Source: Camelus dromedarius
Lineage: Eukaryota
Assembly: GCF_036321535.1 (NCBI RefSeq)
Contig: NC_087437.1
Location: 57,786,001-57,850,000 of the forward strand
Length of the DNA: 64,000 nucleotides
Direction of reading: 5' to 3'
The position numbers and the translations under genes are program-made. The notes under the pieces are model-generated. The model saw only the letters and a list, made by a program, of their open reading frames with translations, did no database searches and was not told the DNA's origin. Positions within the stretch are counted from its first letter, which is position 1, and the number at the start of each line of letters is the position of its first letter. Positions 13,121 to 27,898 of the stretch are shown piece by piece.

Positions 13121-13493
13121 GTAGCACTGCAGAGTTCAGTGAAGGTACAAGGAAGGGAGTGGTTCAGTCTGCCTTTTGAAAGTGGGAAGTAAGCTGTTAG
13201 TAAAAGCCTTAAATAGACTAAGAAACTTGAGCTGAACTGAAGAAGACGACTTTTACTTAAATATCCAGTGTCCAAAGCTTAATAAATGTTACCATCTTAC
13301 TTTTTAGCCACACTTAATTGGTACTGCCTCCACTAAAGAACAAACTCTTCTTCTGAAAAGAACCAGCAACCAGGATTCACACTATATTTACCCCTAGTCC
13401 TGTCCTATGTTCCATCAGATCACTATTAGCTACAGGGCCATAATCTCACCATAGGTATATCTTGCCTTACCAGGTTCAAAAAACAGGCAAAGA

Positions 13494-15790
13494 TGATAAA
13501 AAAAAACGCTCACCAAAGTGGGTATAGAGGGATCACATCTCAACATAATAAAAGCTATATATGACAAACCTACAGCCAGCATAGTACTCAACGGTGAAAA
13601 AGTCAAAAGCTTCCCACTAAAATCTGGGACAAGACAAGGCTGCCCACTATCACCACTCCTATTCAACATAGTCTTGGAAGTCCTAGCCACAGCAATCAGG
13701 CAAGACAAAGAAATAAAAGGGATCCAAATTGGAAAAGAAGACGTAAAAGTGTCACTATATGCAGATGACATGATACTATACATAGAAAACCCTAAAAGGT
13801 CCACACAAAAACTACTAGAACTAATCAAGGAATTCAGCAAGGTAGCAGGTTACAAGATTAATGTACAAAAATCAGTTGCCTTTCTTTACACTAATGATGA
13901 ATAAACAGGAAAAGAAAGTAAAGAAACAATCCCCTTTAAAATAGCACCAAAAGGAATAAAATACCTAGGAATAAATCTAACCAAGGAGGTGAAAGACTGT
14001 ACATGGAGAACTATAAAACATTGATTAAGGAAATTAAAGAAGACTTTAAAAAAGTGGAAAGATATCCCATGCTCTTGGATTGGAAGAATCAATATTGTTA
14101 AAATGGTCACACTGCCCAAGGCAATCTACAGATTTAATGCAATCCCTATCAAATTACCCAGGACATATTTCACAGAACAAATCATAATAAAATTTATATG
14201 GAACCACAAAAGACCTAGAATTGCCAAAGCATTACTGAGGAAAAAGAAAGAGGCTGGAGGAATAACTCTCCCAGACTTCAGACAATACTATAGAGCAACA
14301 GTAATCAAGACAGCCTGGTATTGGTACAAAAACAGACATATAGACCAATGGAACAGAATAGAGAGCCCAGAAATGAACCCACAAACTTTTGGTCAACTAA
14401 TCTTTGACAAAAGAGGCAAGAATATACAATGGAATAAAGACAGTCTCTTCAGCAAATGGTGTTGGGAAAACTGGACAGCAGCATGCAAATCAATGAAGCT
14501 AGAACACTTCCTTACACCATACACAAAAATAAACTCAAAATGGATCAAAGACTTAAACATAAGACAAGATACAATAAACCTCCTAGAAGGAAACATAGGC
14601 TAAACATTATCTCACATACATCTCAAAAATGTTCTTCTAGGGCAGTCTACCCAAGCAATAGAAATAAAAGCAAGAATAAACAAATGGGACCTAATGAAAA
14701 TTACAAGCTTCTGCACAGCAAAGGAAACCATAAGCAAAACAAAATGACAACCAACAGAATGGAAGAAAATTTTTGCAAAAGATAAAACTGACAAAAGCTT
14801 GATCTCCAGAATATATAAGCAGCTCACACAACTTAATAAGAAAAAAACAAACAACCCAATCCAAAAATGGGCAGAAGACCTAAACAAGCAGTTTTCCAAG
14901 GAAGAAATACAAATGATCAATAGGCACATGAAAAAATTCTCAATATCACTAATTATCAGAGAAATGCAAATCAAATTACAATGAGGTATCACCTCACACC
15001 AGCCAGAATGGCCATGATTCACAAGTCCACAAATGACAAATGATGGAGAGGCTGTGGAGAAAAGGGAACCCTCCTGCACTACTAGTCGAATGCAGTTTGG
15101 TACAGCCACTGTGGAAAACAGTATGGAGATCCCTCAAAAGACTAGGAATAGACTTACCATATGACCCAGTAATCCCACTGCTGTTCATATAACCAGAAGG
15201 AACCCTACTTCAAAAAGACACCTGCAGCCCAATGTTCATAGCAGCACTATTCGCAATAGCCAAGACATGGAAATAGCCATTAAATGTCCATCAACAGATG
15301 ACTAGATAAAGAAGTGGTATATTTATACCATGGAATGCTATTCAGCCTTAAAAACCGACAACATAATACCATTTGCAGCAACATGGATGTCCCTGCAGAA
15401 TGTCATTCTAAGTGAAGTAAGCCAGAAAGAGAAAGAAAAATAACATATGAGATTGCTCATACGTGAAATCTAAAATAAATAAATAAATAAATAACAGAAA
15501 CAGACTCATAGACATAGAATACAAACTTGTGGTTGCCAGTGGGGAGCAGGGTGGGAAGGGATAGACTGGGAGTTCAAAATTTGTAGATACTGACAGGAGC
15601 ATGCAAAATAGATAAACAAGATTATACAGTATAGCGCAGGGAAATATATACAAGATCTTGTTGTAGCTCACAGAGAAAAAGGATGCGACAATGAATATAT
15701 GTATGTTCATGTATAACTGAAAAATTGTGCTCTATACTGGAAATTGACACATTGTAAACTGACTATAACTCAATACAAAATGTAAAAAAA
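13494..15790 (+). mobile_element. Young 5'-truncated LINE-1 (ORF2 RT/C-terminus, 3'UTR, polyA)
   Basis: ORF-track peptides [18 protein letters not shown] and KTAWYW are L1 ORF2, disrupted by stops and frameshifts. TSD aaaaacaggcaaaga (13479-13493) / aaaagcaggcaaaga (15791-15805). Confidence 0.97.
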
Positions 15791-16769
15791 AAAAGCAGGC
15801 AAAGAATACTGTTGTTACTTTTACATTACTTTCTGATCAAACTGCTTAGGTCAAGTTAATGAGTGAGGCCTCTATGCATATCCTCCAACCTTCCACCCTT
15901 AGACTCTAATTTTCAAATAATTAATACTTCAGAATTTGCTGCTACAGTTGCACATTTTCCATTCTCTTCTAGTAGCACTTTAACAACTTGCTTTGAATAA
16001 ATGCAGACCTTGCCATCTATAAGAAAATTTTAAAGGTGAGTTATCTGAGTCAAATAGAAGGAAAATGTTTCTAACTTATCATAGCCAAGTATGAGTTGTT
16101 TATTGTGAGAAATGAAGTCAATCAATCCACGATAGCTAATATTTATGAATTTCAAGGAAGCAACATTTGCTTATTAATCAAAACTCATGACAAAAATAGG
16201 GGTGCATTTCCAGGTGTTCTCACTCCTATCACCTGAACACTTATTTGATTCTAAATGTCCTGCATATTCTTTCAGATCTATCAAAAATGCCACAGTGCTC
16301 TCTCTGGGTAATTTGCTCTGATGTATCCCCCCTCTTTCCCAACTCAACAACCTCCTTTGAGCTCCCATAGCATACTATAGTTCCTCTACCACAGAATTTG
16401 TTTTCTTCTGCCTGCAAATATATATCTTCCCCAAGAGATTATGCGCCCCTTTACCTACAAATTTAAGCATATATATCTTTAATAGTTTATATCTTAGTAC
16501 TCATAACATGTAGTAAATCATCTATTAAATATTTACAAAATAAAATTAATATTAAAGTTTAATATTAAATATTAATGCCTATTAACACTGATGAAATGAA
16601 ATAAAATAGGAACTGTTATTGTGGATTTTCCATTTGGGGAAAATATTTGCAAATGTACACTAAATTTAAAAACTTACAAAGAATTTAAAGATATGAGCTA
16701 TGCAGGAGACATAATTCACTTTTAAACATGTGAAAAGTCCTAAGGTTCATTCATAACAAGAGAACTACA

Positions 16770-19700
16770 GGGGAGGAAATCAAGATGGTGGAGTAGGAGG
16801 ACACTGAGCTCATTCTTCTCATGAACATGTCAAAAACACATCTATATATGGAGCAATTCTCACTGAAGACACATTGGAGACTGGCAGAAAGACTCTTCTA
16901 CAACCAAGGCTGTAAGAAAGATACACAGAGAGTAGGGTAGGAAGGAAAGAGAAGTCATCAGGATGGGCCCCCTGGCCCTAGGAGGGAAGACAGAAAAGGA
17001 GGGGGATATCATGCCTCAGAGATTATCCTTGGGGAGTGTAGGGTTTGAGCCACATATTAAGCACCCTAGCCCTAGGATCTGACACTGGGAAGATGAGTCC
17101 CATTAGCTGGTTTGAAAACCAGTGAGACTAACAGGAGGGCTGTAAGAAACCTAGATTTCACTCGTGAAGAGTGTGCACCTGCTTGTTTACTCCCAAGAAC
17201 AAGGCAGAGGAAGCAGATTGAAACTGCCCAGGGTTCTGGCCAGTTTCCCACAACTGCCCCAGCATGTGTCCTGGTGTGTCTAGATCTGGCACAGCTCCCT
17301 GGTAGGGCAATGGCTGGCTGCCATTGCTGAGGAGAGGGAACACACCTGGGCAATGTAGCCCATTCAGGCTCAGCACTTCAGCCATTGCTGATGCTCCTGG
17401 AGACAGTGGATTGGATGCTGCCTGGAACCCTGACTGGTGTGCCAGGATCATGCCAGTGCCTGCCCTCACCCACACCGGGCACCTGATCTGGTCCCTCTAG
17501 GTCTGGCAAAACTTCCCTCTGAGCTGAAGGTGCCAATGCCAGAAAGGGAGAGAGTGCACACTTAGAGGGAATGGAGTTAGCTCAAACCCAACTCTCAGAG
17601 CTTCTGCTTCAGCACCTTGGGACCCACATCCATCCCTGATAGGACTGGGACAGCTCCTGCTCACAAGTGGCTCTGGCTTTAGTCCCTCCATTTCCAGCCC
17701 CACCTCCCACTAAGTAATAGGTGCAGCATACCCCAGGGAAGGCATAATCCATGCTCACTTCAGAGCCAGTTCTCCCACAAAAGGCATGGGGCACACACAG
17801 ACTGCATAGGGATGCTCCCACACAAGAACATCCCTTCAAGACAGGGATAGGTGACTATTTCACCTAATTTCATAGAGACAGAGTAAGTTAAACAAAATAA
17901 GACAGAGGAGTTTGTTTCAAACAGAAGAACAAGGAAAAGTTCCTGAAAAAACAGCTAATAAAACAGAGATGAGTAATTTCCAGATAACGAGTTCACGGCA
18001 TTAATAGTAAGAATGCTCACTAAACTTGGGAAAAGAATAGATGAACACAGTGAGAATTTTAACAAGAAATTAGAAAATATAAAAAAGAAACAGTCAGAGC
18101 TGAAGAATACAATAGCCAAAATGGCAAAGCATACTAGAAGGAATTAATAGCAGATAAGGTGATACAGAAGAATGCATAAGTATCTGGAAGGTAGAATAAT
18201 GGAAATCATCCAATCAGAACAGCAAAAAGAAAAACAAACAAAAAAGATGAGGACAGTGTAAGAGACCTCTGGGATAGTATCAAGCAAACTAACATTTGCA
18301 TTATAGTGGGTCCCAGGAAGGAGAAGAGAGAGAGAAAAGGTCAAAAATGCATTTGATGATTTTATGACTGAAAACTTCTCAAACCTGAAGAAAGAAACAG
18401 ATATCCAGGTACAGGAAGCACATAGAGTCTGAAACTGTGATGAACCCAAACAGACCCACCACAGGAGATATCATAATTAAAATGGCAAAAGTTAAAGAGA
18501 GAATTCTAAAGGCAGCAAAAGGAAATGAAGAATCACATACAAGGGAATCCCCATGAGGCTATCAGAGAAATTTTGTAGCTGATAGAAACTTTTCAAGACA
18601 GAAAGGAGTGGCATGACATATTTTAAGTGCTGAAATGGGAAAACCTATCATCTAGGATACTCTACCCAACAAGGTAACAAGGTTATCATTCAGAATTGAA
18701 GGAGGGATAAAGAACTCAGACAAGCAAAAACTAAAAAGAATCAATCAGTATTAAGTTTCCCCCCCCCAAAAAATGTTAAATGGTCTTCTCTAAGTGGAAA
18801 AGAAAAGGCTACACCAAGAAGTAAGAATGTATAGGAAAGGAAGCCTACTATTAAAGGCAAATATAAAGTAAAGGCTGATAAGTCAACCACTTAAATAAGC
18901 TAGTATGAAGATTAAAAGGAAAAATTATAAAATCAATTATAACTACAATAAACAGGTAAGGGATAAACATGAAGATATAAATTATGACATCAGAAACAAA
19001 ACATGAGAAGGGAGTGAAAATATAGATCTTTTAGAATGTGTTTGAACTTAAGTGACAGTTTAAAACAAGTAGATATAGTTATAGGTCAACATATATGAAC
19101 CCCATGGTACCTCAAATCAAAAACCTACAACACATACACAAAAACTAGAAAGAAACACAAGCATACCACTGAAGAACCACAAGGAATAAACTAAAAGAAG
19201 AAAAGAACCGAGAACTACAAAAACAACCAGAAAACAAGTAACAAAATGGCAATTAACATGTACCCCTCGATAATCACTTTAAACTAAATACTCCAATCAA
19301 AAGACATAGGGTGGATTATTGCACAAAAAACACAAAACTCATCAGTCTATGTGCTGCTTATAAGACTCCAGAGCTAAAGACACACACACAGATTGAAAGT
19401 GAGAGGATGGAAAAATATTTCATGCAAATAGAAATGACAAGAAAGCTAAGGTAACAATACTCATGTCAGACAAAGCAGACTTTAAAACAAAGTCTATAAA
19501 AGAAGGTAAAGAAGGACATTATGTAATAATAAAGGGATCAATACAAGAAGAGGCTATAACATTCATTGACATGCATCTAATATAGGAGTGTATTATATAT
19601 ATATACAAATAAAGTAAATATTAACAGACATAAAGGGAGAAATTCACAATAAAACAATAATAGTAGGAAACATTAACACCCCACTTACATCAATGGATGG

Positions 19701-20451
19701 GTTATCCAGACAGAAAATCATTAAGAAACAGTGGTCTTAAATGACATTAAACCAGTTGGATGTAATAGATAAATATGGGACATTCCATCCAAAAGCAGGA
19801 AAATACATATTCTTTTCAAGTGCACATGGAATGTTTTCCAGGATAAATGACATGACATATTTTCCACAAAACAAGTCTCAACAAATGTAAGAGGACAGAA
19901 ATTATATCAAGATTTTTTTCTGACCATAATGGTATAAAACTAGAAACCAATTACATGAAGAAAATTGTCAAAAAATACAAACACATGGAAAATAAACAAC
20001 ATGCTACTAAAAAACCAATGGGTTTGGGTTAAGGAAGAAATCAAAGAGGAAATCAATTAATCTATGATAAAGGAGGCAAGCTTTTACAATGGGGGAAACG
20101 ACAGTCTCTTCCATAAGCGGTGCTGTGGAAACTGGACACCTACATGTAAAAGAATGAAATTAGAACCTTTTCTTGCACTATATACAAAAATAAACTCAAA
20201 ATGGATTAAAGACCTAAATATAAGAACAGAAACCATAAAACTCCTGGAAGAAAATATAGGCAGAACACTCTTTGACAAACACCATAGCAGTATTTTTTTT
20301 TATCTGTCTTCAATGAAGCAAAAGCAAAAATAAACAAATGGGACCTAAGTAAAGACAAAAACTGTATGTTATCAATTTTATGTTGAATCTAAAACACTGG
20401 AGCAAATGAATGAATATTATAAAACAGAAACAGAGTTATACACATAGAGAA
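16770..20451 (+). mobile_element. Older L1 with intact 5' end, degraded ORF1, ORF2 endonuclease region and multiple deletions, nested in an L1ME-like relic
   Basis: 5' terminus gggaggaaatcaagatggtggagtagg; ORF1 relic ~17896-18793; ORF2 ATG at 19246; jumps at ~20055, ~20352 and ~20451. Confidence 0.9.
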
Positions 20452-20959
20452 TGAAAAGGAAGTAGGAACTCTCATGTTCTTGGTAAAGGTACACATTGAA
20501 TGCCTTGATGGATGGCAAGTTGTCTCTACCTTCAAAATGTAAAAAACTTCTCCCATGTACCTTTGCTAGATATGAATTTCCAAATATAGTTGCACAGGGA
20601 ACGATTAGTGAAGATTGCACAAAGTATCAATACAGTATTGTTGATAATGCTATTTAATGCTAATGAGACTGATCTAGCAATAAGGAACTAGTTCAATTTT
20701 GGCACATCTCTACAAAAGAATATTTTGCAATTTAAAAAAATGTAGCAACTCTGTATTGAAATGAGTAGAAGTCTGGGATTTATTACTATAGTTAACAATC
20801 ATATAAAAGAATATTAGAGTACACTACAATTTGTGTGATTGAGAAGGAAAGAACATGCATACATTTATGTTTATAAATTCATAGACTCTGAAAGGGTACA
20901 CAGGAAACTGACATCAGGTATAGTCTGGAGAGGCATTAGGATGCTTGGTGGAAAGCTCA

Positions 20960-23040
20960 GTGGGTAAGACTTGCGCTTTCAAATCACTGGACCTGGGTTT
21001 ACTTCTCAACCCTGACATTTAATAGCTGACATTGCTTCTCCAAACTTCAATTTTTCTCATTTGCACAATGCAGTGGGTATTAATAACTACTTACCAGGAC
21101 TGTTGTCAGAATGTAATGAAATCAGTGTCTCAATATAGAGCCTGCCAGATAGTGAGTGATCAATAAATGGTGGTAATGATAATACAGGTAGTGGTGGGTG
21201 TTTTTCTGACATGGATAACTTTGGGGAAACTCTTCTGTTAATAATCCTTTTCATACTTAAAAACATAGTCAACAATAGTAACATCAATCATCTGTTATGT
21301 GAGATTATTTTTATAACTTCTCTCCTACATGTATATAAATAATTAAATAATTTTTTTTCTTTAAGGGAAGAATCTTAGAAAATTGGAGTTTTAGAAGAAA
21401 GCTTTTGAGGATTTTTGCTGCATCAAAACTATAAGAAGTGATTGTTAATGGATATAATATCTCTTTGGGGGCTGAGACAAATATTCTGGAATCAGATAGT
21501 GATGACGGTTGCACAGCCTTGTGAATATACAAAACCCACTCAACTGTACACTTTAAAAGGGTGAATTTTATAATATCTGAATTATATCTCAATTTTTTGA
21601 AATTCTGTAAGAAAAATAATTGGGCCTCAGCAAGATGGTGTATAGCTAAAAAATTAATTAAGTGGTGATCTTCTTTTCCTTTTTCTCTTTCCACTTTAGT
21701 CTCCTTTCCCATTTGGATGGACGTCCACTCTAGGTCCTACAGATTATAGCTGCCAAACTCTAAGGTGGCATCATAGGAAGCGCTTTGGCCTTCAGAGCTG
21801 TATGTTCCTGAATTCAAATCCCAGTGTTACCAATTTGTGTGTGTTCAAGGACAAATTTTTTAACTTCTCTGAGCTTCATTTTTCTCATTTGTAAAGTAAG
21901 CCTAATGACCCGCTTTACAGAGTTGCGGCAACAAAGTATGGGGGAAAAAAATAGAAAAGGAAATACTTAATGCAGAGTTTAGCACTTACAGACTCCCCAC
22001 AAGTAAGAGTTTCTTGTCTCTTTTTCCCCAGGATCTTCAATTGATTAACAAGAACTAGTACATTTTTAAGAGAGTCTTTAATTATTAACTCATTTTAAAC
22101 CAGGACACGGTATAAATCACTTTCTGGCCATCCTTGTATTTAAAATTTATAATATGTAAATGCAAATGCAAATTTGTTTCTTAAAGATGGATTCTAAAAC
22201 TTTAAGGTTATTAGCAATGTTTTAGATCCTTATATTTGGAAAGAAAAGAAAATGAAGATAAAATTTGGAAAATCAGCCCCTCTTCCATTTTCTACCACAT
22301 GCCTGATGCCATCACTCACACCTCCAGCTGAGGTATATAAGTAGCTTCTGCTTCGGAGGAGGTGTTAGCATGATGCCCACTTATTCCGAGAGTGTTTTTT
22401 TGTTTGTTTTTTACTTGGAGGTTGTTTTTTTTTAATTGAAGTATAGTCAGTTATAATGTGTCAGTCTCTGGTGTACAGCAGAATGTCCCAGTCATCCCTA
22501 TACATACATACATACATTCATTTTCAAATCCTTTTATTAGTTATTGTTAATCCAAGGTATTATCTAGACAGTCAGCATTAGGGCTACATTCTGGAATGAT
22601 TAGCAAGCACCAAGATCAAGGATTAGTTAATCGGTTCAACTATCAAAAAGACCAACATTGATGGTGAAAAAACAGCCTGCACTAGGATTTCAATTATGTT
22701 TTAAAAATATATACACTTGAGGGAAACGTCTTAAAAGCATACACACAAAAATATAACAGTGGCTGTTTCCCAGTGGTTATTGTGGTGGTTAGTGGCACCT
22801 AAGTGGAAGGAGTAGCGTACAGCTGTTCAGAGCATGAATTCTGGAATTGAACTTCCCAGGTTTACTCCTGCTTTACCACTTCCCGTCTGAGGAGCTTGTG
22901 TAAGTCACTTGTCTCTACCATCAGTTTCTATTTACATAAAATGGGAGCAGCACTGCATCACAGGGCGAGGTTTAACTGAGATAATGTATGCAAAGCAGGG
23001 GGCCGGGGCCTGCAGAACACCAAGACACTCAACAGAAAAC
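20960..23040. mobile_element. Mixed relics: MIRs (~20960-21180, ~21790-21990, ~22815-23040), L1MB-type 3' end (~21445-21600), short antisense L1 3' end (~22430-22540)
   Basis: MIR core motifs; gatgacggttgcacagccttgtgaatatac...ctgtacactttaaaagggtgaattt; aattgaagtatagtcagtta. Confidence 0.7.
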
Positions 23041-24891
23041 ATTACCAGCGATTGCTACTCCTGCATTTTCGTATTTTTAAATTTCCTACAATTAAAGTTG
23101 AATACTGTTAAAATCAGAAATAATTATGACTTGTTTTAAAAGATCTTTTTATTTTTTGTAAGCAATATTTTAAAAACTTATAAAAATGTCAAGTATTCCT
23201 GAGGTTAACAGCATCAAAAAATAGTTCTTTCATGGTCTCGGTGATTCATTCTTAGACTCTGGTGAGAGACACAAAATGTCTGTAAACATGCTATTATTAT
23301 TCACAGTTCTTTTGAAGTCAAATGTAGAAATTTTCTGGAAAAGCATAAGCTATGAGTTGGTTGGAATTTCCTGATTCCCTGCACAGACTTCTAGAGATTG
23401 AAATACCACTTCTAGGAAGTAGCTTTAGTAATATCCCTACGGCAGCTCCCAAACTCTCGTTTTGAAAAGTGTACCGATTCACAGCTTCATTACATACGCC
23501 TGCCTGTGCTTCCAGCCCCTCAAATGGCATTTTTAAAAATGAAAATAGCATGTAATTTTATTCCTGGGGTTCCAGGATCAATGATTACAAGCTTGGGGAA
23601 AATGAGAGACCAGCTAACTATTCAGTTATTCTAAGAAAAAAACTGAGATGGGTAACTTCCAGAGTATGTTCTCTAATCCCCAAACTTTTGCTGCATTTCC
23701 AGTGGCAGTAGTGGTATTTCATGATGAATAAGCCTCAGAATTACCATGAAAGGGAATAAATTTTGGATTTATTTATTGGGAATGTGTGTGTTTGAGGTGA
23801 GGAAATGTATATAAAACATATGCCCAACTAATTATGATAAAAGGCATGATGTGATAAGTGCCTTAGCTTTTCCTGATTCCTCTAACTCGATTAACCTCCA
23901 CCCATCACTTTAGACACTATAGCACTATGTGCATCTCTCCTTTTTTGCAACCATCACAGTTACAATTGTATGATTATTTGGCTGAATTTTCAATAGTACT
24001 TTGGTTCTCTTATAATGCTATCAGACATAAGGGCAGTAAATAATACAAATCAGAGATATCTGTGAATTAGTTCCATGCTAAGAAATATGCACCAGAGAGC
24101 CCCAAAGAGGGACAGCTAACCATGATAGGGAAAGGTTCTTGGTGAAGGTGACACTGCACTCAATTTCTGAAGGATGGATATGTGTTCACTAGAAGAAAGA
24201 AGATAGGATATTCAGGCAGGGGGAACAGCATGAGCAAAGGCTTACACATGTGAAATAGCAGGCCTCAAGGACTTACTGTGAATGACACACTCACACACAC
24301 ACACATTTACCTTTAATTTTTCAATTAATTTTCTTAAACTAATTAGAATCAAATTATTTTGAAGAGAATAAGAGCAAAAATAAAGAATTTACTGTTTCTT
24401 GTGGGGTTTGCTTATTTATTTCTTTTTTCTTTCAGGAAGCAGTTTTTGCATTTTCAAAGCAAATTTGTTTGGGGACATCAAAGCCTGGTCATATTTACGT
24501 GGCATGACACTTAGCAAGCTACAAGCACAATCTGAAATTGCTTTCTCTAACCCTCTTTCTCCCACACATCTTTATAAGGAAACAAATGATAGAAATATCT
24601 CTCTTCAACAGGCATTTCATCTGACATCATTATCTTACTCAAAGGAAAATATCCCCACTTTTGCAGTTGTTTGGGGAAAGAAATTTAAAACGGTATGTGC
24701 TCAGGAATACAAAGTCCTTTTGATAAAACACTGTTGAATATTTCACTCCCTGCTTCAAAAGCTTTTAATGATTTCTTTACAGCCCTAAGCAGAATTTCCA
24801 ACTTCTTTAGCTTGGCAGTCAAGAACCAGCACAATCTTCATCTAGCTTTCTGACCATAGTTTCTATAATATCCCATCACTCATAATTACTT

Positions 24892-25231
24892 CAGGTCCAC
24901 AATCCCACATCTAAAATATCTGCGGCTAGGTGTGTATCATAATTCAGATTTGGGGGCAAAATGTGGTATTTTAAAAAAGTAATACAATTAATGTATAAAT
25001 ATTAGCAAAATCTCTGTTTGTTGGAGCAGCACTTAGAATCAAAAACATTGATTATATTACTGCAGCAAAATCTACAAATATTCTCAGAAGTGTAATAAAG
25101 ACTATAAATAGCCTCATGTCAATTCAGGTCAGGTTGTGCCACCAAATACGTTTGCTGCAAACTGAAGAAAAAAATAATGATCTTCCGAGCTCCTTAGATT
25201 TAGAAACTATAGGTAATGGATTGTGAGCCTC
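24892..25231. mobile_element. TcMar-Tigger MITE (MER46C-like) inserted into an L2 relic
   Basis: Terminal inverted repeats caggtccacaatcc / ggattgtgagcctc followed by TA; L2-like sequence on both flanks. Confidence 0.7.
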
Positions 25232-26408
25232 TATATGCTTTACTTGTTCATAGACCTTTGAACTTTTGAGCCTTTATTAATTTTCTTTCCTTAGCCAAAG
25301 AGGTCCTCTGCATTTCTTTCAGTTTATTCAATTCCATAAAGGGCCAGTCCAAATGTCAACTCTTCCATGGAGTCTGAAGTCAGAAGCACCATCCTTCCTT
25401 TGTTTGCATGTTTATTTCTTCCTCTAGGCTAGAAGTTCCTTAAGGAACAGTCCTGTGTCTGCTTTGCCTTTGCATACTGTGATTCCTGCAGTGTATTTTC
25501 CTCAAAAGGATAAATAAATTGAACGAAGCAAGCCTACCCAAAACAAAAATATTGACAAAGCAAGCCAAAATACTGTCATAGCTCCATTTTTCTTTATAAA
25601 TGTAGACTTTTGCAAAGTGATTGTTCTTTCTTTGCTTGTTTATTTTAACTAGTCGAACACTTTCTAGCAAGGCTAAGAAAAATCAGAAGCAGTTTAGGTA
25701 CTACTTTTCACCCCAGGTCAACACTCTGAGTAGACTTCAAAGAAACCAATTTTAGGTTAGCACAGTGCTCAGAAAGTTCAAGTTAAAAAATTAACTTTCT
25801 CATATATCGTACTCTTTATTCTTTTATAATTATTTAACTGTATTTGGATTATTTCCAGAGCAGGTTTTAACCTCTTTAGTGAATCAGAAATGTATCCTTT
25901 TATTTTATATTCTTTGCAGAAAATTTCAGATTTGCTGAATATATTAATGTATGACTAAATAATAATGATTATGAGTAAGAGTAAATCATTCTTGTATTAA
26001 ATAAAATTAAATAGAACTACTTTTCTAATATTGGAGATTAGAGAACACATCTCCAAATAGAAACAGCAGCCTATTATTTTAAGTTTGAGGGGACACAATG
26101 TGGTTCCTTTGAGTCTTAGCCTAACTTTTACCTTATGCTGTTTATGATCTTCTATTCTATTTCTATAATTTAGCTGATGGCCATATGACATGATATTTTG
26201 ACTCCTTGTGTAACAAAATAATTATTAGGATATTTAAAAAGCAAACAAACAAGAAATGAATAAGAAGTTTCCTATAATGTTAATAACAAGAGAAGGAGCA
26301 TATTGGATGTATTTTGGCTACAAGGGTTGAAGAGTAACCCTAAATAATTCCTAGATCACAAGATTAATAAACCAAATATGGGTTTTCCACATTTGGTATT
26401 ATTCCTCA

Positions 26409-26977
26409 TGTTACTGAATGCAAGTTCACGTGCCCCACGCACTGTGAGGCCAAAAAAACCGAAACGTCGGAGTTCGAAGCAGAGGAAGGTTTACGGTAGG
26501 ACCAAGCAAGGAGAATGAGGAGCCCTTGCTCAAAAAACCTGAACCCTCCAATGGTTTTCAGGGAGAAGTTTTTATAGGCAAAATTTGGGGTGAGGGCTGC
26601 AGCGAGTGTGACTTTCTTCTAATTGGCTGGTGGTGAGGTGACAGTGCGATGCTCCAGGAATCTTGTGCTCAGCCTGAACTTACCATCCTCCACCTGGGTG
26701 AGGGCCTTAGTTACTGCAGAAGACCTCAAAGATATCGTTAAATACATCCCTTGAGGAGGAGGCAGGACCCTGCCCCAAGAATGCACTATTGTTTCTTGAC
26801 TGCTCCTCCTTTATTTCTGCATTCCCTCACTTCCCTGATTAGCAACTGTTTGAATCTGCACTTTGGAACTAAAGGAAGTTCAGGTAGGCTGAATGAAGCC
26901 TATTTCCTACAAACAAGAAAGAGTACATGGAAAGGATTTGTAGCTGGGGGAGCCCCACAGGGTCCTTCTCTGTTTCA
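26409..26977 (-). mobile_element. ERV1-class solo LTR, 569 bp
   Basis: TG...CA termini, perfect 4-bp TSD CTCA (26405-26408 / 26978-26981), minus-strand TATA cctataaaaa ~26570; several CpGs retained. Confidence 0.9.
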
Positions 26978-27898
26978 CTCACATGGACTATTGGTCCAAA
27001 TTTTATAGTACTGAATAACACCTGTCTAGCCATTCACCCACCCACCCACCCATCTATCAATCATTCATTTAAACATCCATAAAGGAAAACATTCTATATA
27101 AAATTTTAATTCCGTACTTAGGGGGATGGTTCAACTAAAGGAGAAGATGTCCTTTGTATTGGTCAGAGCACCTTGGTGAATTAGAAATGTACTGAGGGGG
27201 CAGAGAGGAGTTTGGGAGTGAGGGTGAAGTAAGTGGAGTTAATCTGCATAACAAAGTAAGAAGAACTTAGAGTTCCTGGGTCATCAGGAAGGGACTGTCG
27301 AAAGCTGGGAAACATGGTAGGTGGCTGGAGTCTCAGGGGTAGAAATAGCCAAGAAATTTTTTAGAACAGGGATGGCCAAACAATCTCTACACTGAATTAA
27401 TTTGGCAGAATTCAATTCGGAGCCAGGGTGGCTATAAAAATTTAACCCCACCTTGAAATTTTGCATAAACTCAGTGGTGTGGATGGGAGATACTGAACTC
27501 TCCGTAATTCATAGAATGGGGATCAAACCAATCTTATCTAGGTCTTAATTGGTACAGTGACTTTAGCTCTATATCTGAGATACATAAACAGACACACGCA
27601 CACATTTACATAAAGCAACTGCATCTGGAGTTCATTTATCCCATAACCTCCAATATCTGCAACATAGACACAAACCTGAAAACAAGATGCAAAAGAGACA
27701 GAAGGGGAAGGAAAGACATCTAAGTATGCAAAAACACTGTCATTAAACTGTAACACAAAATGTTGTATATTTTATTTGTAGGAGTACACTGCTGCAACAT
27801 TTATTTACTTTACAAAATTCCGTTTACTTTTACAAAAATTCTGTTTACTTTTTTCCGTAACTCTACATAGTTATTTCACCACACTCAATAGTCTAGTT

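Noticed and set aside
13518..14984. Reverse transcriptase ORFs as a novel RT system
   Set aside because: Ordinary disrupted L1 ORF2 inside a TSD-flanked, 5'-truncated L1
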